The notes under the pieces were generated by a model. The model was not told the DNA's origin, made no database searches, and saw only the letters and a program-made list of their open reading frames with translations. DNA of 64,000 nt from Candidatus Latescibacterota bacterium (lineage in GTDB: Bacteria; Latescibacterota; UBA2968; GCA-2709665): contig OZ220733.1 of NCBI GenBank assembly GCA_965116875.1, positions 2,784,001 through 2,848,000 on the forward strand. The letters are read 5' to 3'. Positions 48,622 to 57,348 of the stretch are shown one piece after another. The first letter of the stretch is position 1; the number at the start of each line of letters is the position of its first letter. The position numbers and the translations under genes are program-made.

Positions 48622-49866
48622 TCAGTGTCCCTCCTGGTGAGGTTGAGCCTGTTTTTCCGAGTGCAGAAATTTGGGCGCCAGGCGCCGGCTGATTTCAGGG
48701 TAGATGGCGATGAAGTGGTCCCGCATGGTCGGAAACTGGAAATCCTCCGCGGTTTCGAACCCGGTTTCCAGGTCCTGTTTCCGGGGCATGTGGCAGTCGA
48801 TGCAGTTGGACTGCATCGCGTCACCGAGTTCGGCGGACATGCCGCAGGCGTGGGTCTCGTGGCACGCCGCGCAACGAAGGGAAAACAGGGCCAGGTTCCC
48901 GCGCTCCAGGGCATGCGGATTGTGGCAGGTGATGCAGGTCATCGCTGAACTCTGCCGGAAACACTCCGATTGGGTCAACCGGGGCAGTTGATTGGTACTG
49001 TGGACCCCGATCTTGTTCAGTTCTTCGTTGGCGTCCAGTTCGAGATAGTCGCTCAGGGACTCCCCGGGTCTGTAGGAAAAAGGCCGCTGGCTCGGCGCGC
49101 CGACGCCCGAATGGCATTGCGCACAGAGGTCGATCAATCGCGGCGGGTCGAGCCGGCCGGGGTGCAGGATGTGCGGGATGTCCTTCGCATCCGGGTTTGC
49201 GCGTTGAAAGGCCGCGTGTTCCGCCCCGGGGCCGTGGCAGCGTTCGCAGGAGACGCCGAGGACGAAATGTTTCCTGTTGTATTTGTTACTGGTATAGGAT
49301 TCCGATTCGAACCAGGTGGCGTGGCACTCCAGGCATCGGGGGACAACGCCGCGTGCAAAGTTCACCTCGCCGTCCGGATAACCCGGGCTGTTGATCCACC
49401 GCTGCTGCTGCGTGAAGTAGGAAATGGGCAGTTGATAGAGGCGGTCGCCCTGCCAGAAGAGGTAGGTCTGGCCGATTTTTCCGGAGCCGGTGACAATGTC
49501 GATGCGCTCGGTCCGGCGGTATCTGCCTTCACCTCTTCCGATGATTGCGGTCTGATAGAATCCGTCTTTTTCAGCAATGATTTCGAAGCGGAGGTTGGGG
49601 TTCCGGGTCCGGACGATCGCGTGTTCGGGGGACAAGTTGCCCGGAATCGATTCGGGACCGGGAAAGCGGGAGGTGAGATGGTGGGCGGTGCGCCGGAATT
49701 CCTCGAACCGGTCCCGGTGGCACTCCGCGCAGGCCTGTGCGCCGATGTAGCCGGGTGAACGGGTCTCGCCGTCCGCGTCATCGGCGTCTGTAATCAGAAA
49801 AGAAACGCCCAGCGCCAGGCCCGCAACGAGGCTGAGGAGGACCGATCTGAAGATAACCCTTGCCAT
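48622..49866 (-). CDS. Exported multiheme c-type cytochrome (7 CxxCH)
   Basis: CAECH, CLECH, CERCH(GPG), CAQCH, CITCH, CAACH, CIDCH(MP); N-terminal signal or anchor. Confidence 0.9.
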   Translation of the reverse strand: MARVIFRSVLLSLVAGLALGVSFLITDADDADGETRSPGYIGAQACAECHRDRFEEFRRTAHHLTSRFPGPESIPGNLSPEHAIVRTRNPNLRFEIIAEKDGFYQTAIIGRGEGRYRRTERIDIVTGSGKIGQTYLFWQGDRLYQLPISYFTQQQRWINSPGYPDGEVNFARGVVPRCLECHATWFESESYTSNKYNRKHFVLGVSCERCHGPGAEHAAFQRANPDAKDIPHILHPGRLDPPRLIDLCAQCHSGVGAPSQRPFSYRPGESLSDYLELDANEELNKIGVHSTNQLPRLTQSECFRQSSAMTCITCHNPHALERGNLALFSLRCAACHETHACGMSAELGDAMQSNCIDCHMPRKQDLETGFETAEDFQFPTMRDHFIAIYPEISRRLAPKFLHSEKQAQPHQEGH

Positions 49867-49954
49867 CGCCTTGCCATTTCAATTGGAAGGTGGGAGGGTT
49901 TCTCAAAGCATACCCCTGACGGGTGTGGATGTCAATCGAAAACTCGATTAATTA

Positions 49955-50167
49955 ACCTCAATTAAAAAAGACAGCCGGCAAATCTACCACAAAAAGCACA
50001 AAAGGCACAAAGGGTACCAGCGCGAAAGCGGGGTATCGAAGTCGTTCCAATGGTTGAAATTTCCGTTCACGTCCAGCGACCACATGTGTCCGGGCGCTTT
50101 GACATCAATTCGCCCTTGTTCTTCTGCATATATTCGACATGCAGGTCCCAGAGTAATCGCGAACCAA
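49955..50167. repeat. ~215-bp dispersed direct repeat, copy 2
   Basis: Same orientation as 45656-45870. Confidence 0.9.
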
Positions 50168-50336
50168 CGTTGATAGGTGCCTCCTGCACGTAAGTACGGT
50201 CGACTCCACTGCTGTCCAAGAACCGTGGGATTCTCATAGATATGGTTTGAGAAGTGGCTTCAATTCGCGATCTTGAACGGGTCTGATCCGGATAACGGAA
50301 ACCAGGTTGCCATCGGTCGGTGTTTGGTGTAACGTA

Positions 50337-50853
50337 TGTCATTCTGAGCGGCGTCGAAGCATCTTTCGCCGCTTCCGTCTCGCGCTGCAGGCGGACGTGC
50401 TGCCTCTCCGGTATCGAGACGAGCAAATCGCAACAGGGTGATCCGATGCTGCAGTAGATCCTTCGTCGGCCTAGGGGCCTCCTCTGGATGACAGCGGGAA
50501 GCCACGTGCATGACAATCGTAAGACATGTCATTCTGAGCGCGCTGGCCTCCTCAGGATGACATGTTCTGCGAAGGTGTGGGCTCAGCGTTTTGCCAATAG
50601 TTATCGCAAGACATGTCAATCAGAGCGCAGCGAAGAATCTCCCGTATTCTCGAATGTACGTGTTGCATTTGGTCTTTGTAGATGAACTTGTGCGCGGACA
50701 CTTCAACTGCCTGATGCCCCTTCGACCCTTCGACAAGCTTGCTTCGACAGGCTCAGCACAAGCAGGACAACGGCTCAGGGACCGCAGGCTCAGGGCAAGT
50801 CCTCAGGATGACAGTCTTGTCGAAGGTAGGACCGCCTCGTTTTGCCAATGGTT
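50337..50853. repeat. Cluster of TGTCATTCTGAG...CTCAGGATGACA palindromic elements with nested CTTCGACA(A/G)GCT / GCTCAG repeats
   Basis: Three inverted pairs (50337-50493, 50527-50562, 50614-50813). GAAGGT...CGTTTTGCCAAT.GTT is repeated at about 50571 and 50822. Confidence 0.7.
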
Positions 50854-50975
50854 GTGGACGATTTTTTCAGACATTCATTTCGCGTATTTTCGCGATTCTC
50901 GTATTCAATCAAATCCGTTTTTGGACAGGTGTGGGTCGACTCGATTGCGGGAATGGCCCTGTATCCGGATCGTCT

Positions 50976-51674
50976 ATGGCCCTGGATGTACCGATCAGGT
51001 TCGCAAGGGGATTCTCTCCCGGAAGACTTGTACGCGTCCTCTATTCCCCTAAAAGAGCCTTTACCGAAGCCCGAAGCCATCCGACGCAACTGGATTGGAT
51101 CGTTCCCGCAGCCGGCTACTGGATCATCGGCATAATCGCCGTGGTTGCGGTGCCCGCCGCAAGTGCGCTGGCGACAATGGATGGCGACGCGGTCGCCGAT
51201 GTTCTTAATGAAGGCCTGCGGCTGCTGATGGGGATGTTGGGTCAGTTTTTCTTTGCGGGGGCTACTTTCGTATTCTGGACCACTGTTTACATCTTTTTGG
51301 AAGTCGTCTATCTGCTCGTCGTTTTCAATGTCTTTCTGGGCCGGGACATTGGGTTCAAGTGTGCCCTGATTGTCCTCGGATACACGATGGTTCTGGACAG
51401 CCTTGAAATCGTATTGATGGCAATTCCTTTGGCTGTTGACAGTTCATATACACCCGATACTACGTTGAACCCACTGATTCCGGATCCTTGGAAGCAGACG
51501 ACGGCTGGGTCAATCCTGGCCGCTGCGGACTTGAAGGATCTATGGAAGAGCTTTTTGTTCGAAACCGGGACGACGGTCATGGCGGGCCAACAGCGCCGGT
51601 CGTGGTTGGTGGTGCTTGCATTGTGGTGTCTGTGGACCATCGCCAGAGCATCCGGCGTTGAATTCACCCGGTAA
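50976..51674 (+). CDS. Yip1-like multi-pass membrane protein
   Basis: VLYSPKRAF...DWIVP N-terminal motif, about 5 hydrophobic segments, D...LW. Start uncertain. Confidence 0.6.
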   Translation: MALDVPIRFARGFSPGRLVRVLYSPKRAFTEARSHPTQLDWIVPAAGYWIIGIIAVVAVPAASALATMDGDAVADVLNEGLRLLMGMLGQFFFAGATFVFWTTVYIFLEVVYLLVVFNVFLGRDIGFKCALIVLGYTMVLDSLEIVLMAIPLAVDSSYTPDTTLNPLIPDPWKQTTAGSILAAADLKDLWKSFLFETGTTVMAGQQRRSWLVVLALWCLWTIARASGVEFTR

Positions 51675-51822
51675 ACGCAGCAATCGATTTCCGAAGTCTC
51701 CAGTGCGGAGCCGGCCGCATTTATGCGCGGTTTTCTTCAATATGCGCGAAGGGTACGATGCTGTGATTTGCAGCAGACAGGTCTCATGAAAACGGCGTAA
51801 TCCACAACCTGATGGAGTGAAG

Positions 51823-52113
51823 ATGACGGCGAGGAAGCGTTGGATACTCAGGGCTGTAATTCTGTCTCTGTTGGCATTTGTCCTGTTGCCAATCCCAATC
51901 CCGAACGTAGGAATAAGCGGTACGCTTAAGATCGGGCCTCGGCAGCCGCCCCTGACTCGGCACATCGAGGTCGCTCGAGATTCGATAATTACCACGGTAA
52001 AATTCGGGGTTGATACGGTCGGGTACTTTACGACCCGAACGGCCGTCGCTCTCGAGCGGACGCCGCAGGGGGATGCGGCTGGCGAACCCACGTCCGAGTC
52101 CCGGAAGCCGTGA
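51823..52113 (+). CDS. Small hypothetical membrane-anchored protein
   Basis: GGAG RBS; basic N-terminus followed by a hydrophobic helix. Confidence 0.45.
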   Translation: MTARKRWILRAVILSLLAFVLLPIPIPNVGISGTLKIGPRQPPLTRHIEVARDSIITTVKFGVDTVGYFTTRTAVALERTPQGDAAGEPTSESRKP

Positions 52114-52205
52114 ACGAGGGGTTGAATGCCAGGCAACTCATTGGGCTGACACGTAGGGTTGAGGCTGGCGGGTAGTCGAGTCAAACATCGAACCGGGAAT
52201 GCACC

Positions 52206-53258
52206 ATGTCGAAAGCGCGAACTACAGTTTTGGGGGACGACAACAAAACCCGGCTTCGTGGCAGGGCGTTTCCGGATACCGGCGGGGCGGAAATCTGCGG
52301 TGTGGCCGCCTGCTTTAGACTGGCGACGTCGGTTGCAGTCGTCGCACTGAGTTGGTTCGCAGCCACCCTTACGGCGACCGCTCAAGGCCAGGACGGCTTC
52401 TATCTGCGGGGCGATTTCGGGGACTCGGACGCCTTGACCATTCGGGGGAGCATGGAGGGTGTCGACCAGCCCACGCGTTGTGACCGGCTGTTGTATCCCG
52501 ATCCGACCGCTCTCTCAGACGACCCGGCCTGTTCTGAATCCGCTTCCGGCGTGTTCGCGACAACGGCATTTGATCGGGGCGCGGAAACCATGACCAGCGC
52601 AACCGCTCTCGCGTTGGGGTACTCCCGTGGCTGGATCCGACTGGAAGCCGAATTGAACAACACCGTGCTGGGTGCAACCTCGGCGCCGCTGGTGGACGCG
52701 GGCCGGCTGGCGTCAGAGCGGGTGGACGAGTGGAGCGCCGTCGAGGGACCTCAAGCCAGGGTTTCGGGATTCAGCATTACGGACCTGTTTGTGAACGTAC
52801 TTCTCGACTACCAAAATTCCTCGCGTTTCACGCCGTTCTTCGGCGTCGGTGGAGGCGTGTCCAATGTCATACTCGTTTTCGACGGTTTTCGGGTCCGGCG
52901 AACGCTCACTGACGGATTCGCGCCCGCAGGCGGCGTAGACCCTGCTGCCGACACCCTCATTCCTGCATGGCAGTCGCGGGCGGCGGGAACGGCCGATACC
53001 GTGTCACTACCCTTTGCCGAATCGACGACGGGGACGAACCTGATCGGAGGGGTGGCATTCGAGGCGGACGACAGATTCAGCATTGCGCTTCGGGGGCGTT
53101 ACGCGCGTTACGGGGATGTCCGCAAACCTGGCAGGTGGGACCAGATGCGAAGTCACGCGCCGGTGCTCGCAGACGGGAATACGCCCGCAACCTTCGACCT
53201 CGTTCTCGGTGACATCGTGTATTATTCGGTCACCGTCTCGTTTATGTACGACCTCTAA
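52206..53258 (+). CDS. Outer-membrane beta-barrel (opacity/OmpA-membrane-domain-like) protein with chimeric N-terminus
   Basis: Internal signal-like segment ending ATAQG; GFYLRG, ALGY...IRLEAE, FTPFFGVGGG; amphipathic C-terminal strand YSVTVSFMYDL. Confidence 0.7.
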   Translation: MSKARTTVLGDDNKTRLRGRAFPDTGGAEICGVAACFRLATSVAVVALSWFAATLTATAQGQDGFYLRGDFGDSDALTIRGSMEGVDQPTRCDRLLYPDPTALSDDPACSESASGVFATTAFDRGAETMTSATALALGYSRGWIRLEAELNNTVLGATSAPLVDAGRLASERVDEWSAVEGPQARVSGFSITDLFVNVLLDYQNSSRFTPFFGVGGGVSNVILVFDGFRVRRTLTDGFAPAGGVDPAADTLIPAWQSRAAGTADTVSLPFAESTTGTNLIGGVAFEADDRFSIALRGRYARYGDVRKPGRWDQMRSHAPVLADGNTPATFDLVLGDIVYYSVTVSFMYDL

Positions 53259-53412
53259 AAAGCTGGCCTCCCGGGATGATATTTCGGACGAACCCGCCAC
53301 GGCATTGCCGCCGAAGTGAGGAATCGGTTCCAGGTTCAGTAAGCAGGATGCGTGAACGGGAGGATTGGACGTTTATTCCAGGTCGAACAGAAAACTGAAA
53401 AGGAATTGTGCC

Positions 53413-54432
53413 ATGCCTGAAGCGCGAATCGCGATTGTGGGCGCCGGAAATATGGCTCGGGTCCGGGGCCATGCATTTCTGGATACCGGACGAGCGGAGA
53501 TCTGCGGCGTGGCCGCCCGTCGACGGGACACGGCCGAACGCTGCGCGGAGGAGTTGGGTTGCGCGGTTTCCGGCGATGACTATCGGAAGTTGGCCGAGTC
53601 CCGCCCGGACGCGGTCCTGATCGAAGTGCCGCATCGCGTTCAGGACGAAGCGGCGATGTGGGCGCTGGATGCCGGCTACGACCTCCTCGTCGGCGGCTGC
53701 CTCGCGTCTTCTCTCGAGAACGGGAAGCGGATTGTGGAGATGGCAGACCGGTCGGGGCGAATCGTGGAGGCCGGGTTCCAGCGCCGCTACGATCCGGCCT
53801 GGGAAGAGATCCGGCGCATTGTCGCGGGAGGAGAACTGGGATCGCCGGTGATGGCGGTCACCATGGCCCTGTGGAATCCGGATCCGGACGCCTGGTACTA
53901 CGATCAGGAGGCCAGCGGGGGCATGCCGCTGACCCACATGAGCTACTGTTATCTGAATGCCGTACGCTGGATACTCGGCAAGCCGACAGCGGTGTCCGCG
54001 ATGGCCAACAAAAGGCGGAATACGGGGCCCGGTCACGTTGACGAGGAGACGTGCGGGGCCCTGATCGGATTCGAAAACGGCGCATTTGCGTCAGCCACGG
54101 CCAGTTATATCGGCCCTGAGGGCATGACCGACCCGCAGCCGCGATTCATCTGTGTCAACGGCGGAATTCAGACGAATGCCGGGAGCCCGCCCGGCAAGGA
54201 CGCCATTACTGTGTATAGGGAAGGTTGCTCCGAAGTCCGGAGCTTTGAGGCGGAACCATCGTCTATGGTGAGGCAGGCGCACGCCTTTCTGGACGCCATC
54301 GAGCGCCGTCTCGAGGCCCGCAATCCTCCCGTGGATGCCTTGCTTGACGTCGAAATTGCGGAAGCCATCTCCATCTCGGTACGGGAACAGAGGACCGTCA
54401 CGATCAATTCGCGGATGCCCGATTTCCTGTAG
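53413..54432 (+). CDS. Gfo/Idh/MocA family oxidoreductase (atypical, no EKP motif)
   Basis: RIAIVGAGNMA, DAVLIEVPH, GFQRRYDP, WYYD..ASGG. Confidence 0.85.
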   Translation: MPEARIAIVGAGNMARVRGHAFLDTGRAEICGVAARRRDTAERCAEELGCAVSGDDYRKLAESRPDAVLIEVPHRVQDEAAMWALDAGYDLLVGGCLASSLENGKRIVEMADRSGRIVEAGFQRRYDPAWEEIRRIVAGGELGSPVMAVTMALWNPDPDAWYYDQEASGGMPLTHMSYCYLNAVRWILGKPTAVSAMANKRRNTGPGHVDEETCGALIGFENGAFASATASYIGPEGMTDPQPRFICVNGGIQTNAGSPPGKDAITVYREGCSEVRSFEAEPSSMVRQAHAFLDAIERRLEARNPPVDALLDVEIAEAISISVREQRTVTINSRMPDFL

Positions 54433-54458
54433 GGGCGACCGGCCGGTCGCCCCTACAG
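54427..54458. repeat. Perfect 32-bp GTAG-family REP palindrome overlapping a stop codon
   Basis: ctgtaggggcgaccgg|ccggtcgcccctacag. Confidence 0.8.
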
Positions 54459-54479
54459 ATTCACCATCACATTTAGAAG

Positions 54480-57311
54480 ATGTGCCTGGATAATCATCGG
54501 CTGTTGAAACCATTGTGCCGTCTGTTCGTCGCAACGCTCTTCATTGCCGTGCCAACAGACGCAAAGGAGGCCCATGTCATGAAAACCGATGAAGGTACGA
54601 CGGAAACCGGGAATTCGAAGACGATCGGCGTTACCGGATCGGTCTTCATGCAGGCAGAGGCCGCCGGGATCGACACCCGCCGGGCGGAGGTCGTCGCACA
54701 AAGCGGTTTCTCCGGTGAAAAGGGCGTTTCGCTCAAGGCCGGCGTGGCCGCCAACGTGGAGTCGTCCGGCGTCGGCCCGGACCTGGTTTTCAGGGTACGT
54801 GCGTCCAGGGCCGGGCGGTACGTGATCCGCACGCACGCGGCCACGGACGCCAGGGGCAGCGAGACCATGCGAAAGGCCAGGAGTAAGTTTGATTCAATGT
54901 ACCTTAAGATCGCCGTCGGAGATGCCCGCCCCACCAAACGCGTGGTATTCGTGCCATGGAGCCGACCGGAGAGTTGCACGCAGACAGCCGGAAAGTTCAA
55001 TCTCGACGAACGGGATCAGGAGATCCGGGTCTGGCTGCCGGAGGGCGTGCGCCTGGATTACCTCGAGGTAAGCCCGTACACGCCGCCTGACGTCCCTGAG
55101 GCCGCGACCGAATACCGGCCGGAGGTCGTTCCGCCGGCATCCCGTCCGCGTGTCTGGGTGAACGAACAGTCGCTGCCGGCGGTCCGGGCGAACCTGACAA
55201 AAGGCGAAAACGCGCCGCTCTGGGACCAGGTGAGGGAACAGGCGGCCGAACCCTTCGCGTTTGAAGCTGAACCGGGTACGGAAGTTCCCTATAACGCCGA
55301 ACTCGAAAAAGCCGCCGTTGCCAGGGCTTTCGTTTATTTGATGAACGGTGAAGAAACGCCCGGCCGGGAAGCGGTGGCGCTGGTTCGCGACTATCTTGCC
55401 GCGGTCGAATTCGGAAACCTGCTCGACATCACGCGGGAAATCGGTCGCGCCATCTACTCTGCAGCTCTGGTCTACGACTGGTGCTACGACTTGATGACAC
55501 CCGACGACCGGGAGAGCATCCGCGGCAATCTCATGCGTCTTGCCGACGATATGGAAATCGGCTGGCCGCCGTTCAAGCAGATCATCGTCAACGGCCATGG
55601 CAACGAGGCGCAGGTCAACCGCGATCTGCTATGCATGGCCATCGCCATCTACGACGAAGACCCGGTGCCGTATCGATACTGCGCCTACCGCATCCTGGAA
55701 GAACTCGTTCCGATGCGCCGGTTCGAATACCAGTCCCCGCGCCACAACCAGGGCGTCAGCTACGGCCCGTACCGGTTCGGCTGGGATATGCACGCCGCCT
55801 GGCTCTTTTACCGCATGACCGGCCAGCGTGTCTTCGACGACAATATCGCGGACGTCTGGAAGTTCTGGCTCTACATGCGCATGCCGAACGAAGAGACGCT
55901 GCGAGACGGCGACGGGTTTTCTGACGGCAGGCCGGCAAGTCTCGGCGCTACCGCGCTGCTCAGTTCCGCGTACAGCAGCGATCCGGTTATCAAGCGCGAT
56001 TTCGAGCGGCAGGGCGGGCTTCCCGCGGACCCGATCATGGTGCTGCTGCTGAACGACCCGGACCTGAAGGCTGCGGAAAACTTCGATTCATTGCCGCGCA
56101 CCATCGACTTCGGCCCGGTCCTCGGTTCGATGGTTGCCCGGACCGGCTGGAACATGGGCCCGGGCGTGTCCGACGTGGTCGTGGAGATGAAGGGCGGGGG
56201 ATATCACTTCGGCAATCACCAGCACGCTGACGCGGGCAGCTTCCAGATCTACTACCGCGGGCTCCAGGCGGCCGATCTGGGGCAGTACCATTTCTATGGA
56301 ACGCCCTACGATTTCAATTTCTGCAAGCGTTCGGTTTCGCACAGCATGATGCTGGCGGTCGATCCCGATGAGCAGTACATCCGCAATACCGTCAATGACG
56401 GAGGCGCGCGCTTCATTCAGTCATGCCCAACCACACCGGAACAGGCGCTTTCGGATCCGACGTTCGCCAACGGCGAGGTCGTCTCGGCCGGCTTTGGCCC
56501 GTCGCCGCAGCGGCCGTTCTACAGCACCTTCTCGGTCAACCTGACGTCGGCGTACAGCGAGAAGATCGAGGACTACGTCCGGTCTTTCTGCTTCCTGAAT
56601 CTCGACAACGAGCAGACTCCCGCGGTTCTGATCGTCCTGGACAACATGACCACCGCCAGACCGGAGTTCAGGAAATACTGGCAGGTCAACACCCTCAACC
56701 CTCCCGAAACCACGGACGACGGCGTGATCCTGAGAAACAGCGACGCTGACGGGACCGGAAAGGTCGTACTCCGGATGCTGAGGCCGGGGGCGAATGAGCG
56801 GGACCTTCAGGTTCTGAGCGGCAAGGAAGCCAACAGCGTGTTCGGACAGGTTTTCACGCCGCCGAAACCCGACCGGCCGGAAGCGAACGGGCATCGTGTG
56901 ATGTTCTCGCCTGCCAACGAGCAGGCCAACGATGTGTTTCTGACGGTGATGTCGATCTCTGAAGAACAGGCGCCGGACCTGCCGGTTGACCTCGTGGAAC
57001 TCCCCGAAGCCTTCGTCGTTTCGCTGGCAGACCGTGTGGTGGTCTTGAGCCGGACCGGCAAGCTGCTGGAACAGCCGCTGAAGGTTGACGTTGCCGCCGG
57101 CGAAAGCCGCCAGTTGCTGCTGGCCGGCCTGGCGCCGGGCGACTGGAGTATTCGCGACCGGGACGGTAACGTCCAGTATAACGCCCGCGTCGAGGCTCGG
57201 AGAAACACCGCGTATTTTGTGGTTCCCGGCGGGCAGTACACCGTTCAACCCGAAGCCATCCCCGGCGCGACGGAGTTCCAGGCCCCACCGGACTTCATGC
57301 CAGGGCTCTGA
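54480..57311 (+). CDS. Heparinase II-like (PL21/HepB-like) lyase with N-terminal CBM-like extension
   Basis: ALVYDWCY, GHGNEAQ, HNQGVSYG, LRDGD, ARTGW, NHQHADAGSFQIYYRG; these match remembered heparinase II motifs. Confidence 0.8.
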   Translation: MCLDNHRLLKPLCRLFVATLFIAVPTDAKEAHVMKTDEGTTETGNSKTIGVTGSVFMQAEAAGIDTRRAEVVAQSGFSGEKGVSLKAGVAANVESSGVGPDLVFRVRASRAGRYVIRTHAATDARGSETMRKARSKFDSMYLKIAVGDARPTKRVVFVPWSRPESCTQTAGKFNLDERDQEIRVWLPEGVRLDYLEVSPYTPPDVPEAATEYRPEVVPPASRPRVWVNEQSLPAVRANLTKGENAPLWDQVREQAAEPFAFEAEPGTEVPYNAELEKAAVARAFVYLMNGEETPGREAVALVRDYLAAVEFGNLLDITREIGRAIYSAALVYDWCYDLMTPDDRESIRGNLMRLADDMEIGWPPFKQIIVNGHGNEAQVNRDLLCMAIAIYDEDPVPYRYCAYRILEELVPMRRFEYQSPRHNQGVSYGPYRFGWDMHAAWLFYRMTGQRVFDDNIADVWKFWLYMRMPNEETLRDGDGFSDGRPASLGATALLSSAYSSDPVIKRDFERQGGLPADPIMVLLLNDPDLKAAENFDSLPRTIDFGPVLGSMVARTGWNMGPGVSDVVVEMKGGGYHFGNHQHADAGSFQIYYRGLQAADLGQYHFYGTPYDFNFCKRSVSHSMMLAVDPDEQYIRNTVNDGGARFIQSCPTTPEQALSDPTFANGEVVSAGFGPSPQRPFYSTFSVNLTSAYSEKIEDYVRSFCFLNLDNEQTPAVLIVLDNMTTARPEFRKYWQVNTLNPPETTDDGVILRNSDADGTGKVVLRMLRPGANERDLQVLSGKEANSVFGQVFTPPKPDRPEANGHRVMFSPANEQANDVFLTVMSISEEQAPDLPVDLVELPEAFVVSLADRVVVLSRTGKLLEQPLKVDVAAGESRQLLLAGLAPGDWSIRDRDGNVQYNARVEARRNTAYFVVPGGQYTVQPEAIPGATEFQAPPDFMPGL

Positions 57312-57348
57312 TAGGTGCCAGGACGAAAACAAGCTAGATTGGATTTCG

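Noticed and set aside
48621-48914. N-terminal extension of the 704-aa ORF
   Set aside because: It overlaps the cytochrome gene; the RBS supports ATG 48620.
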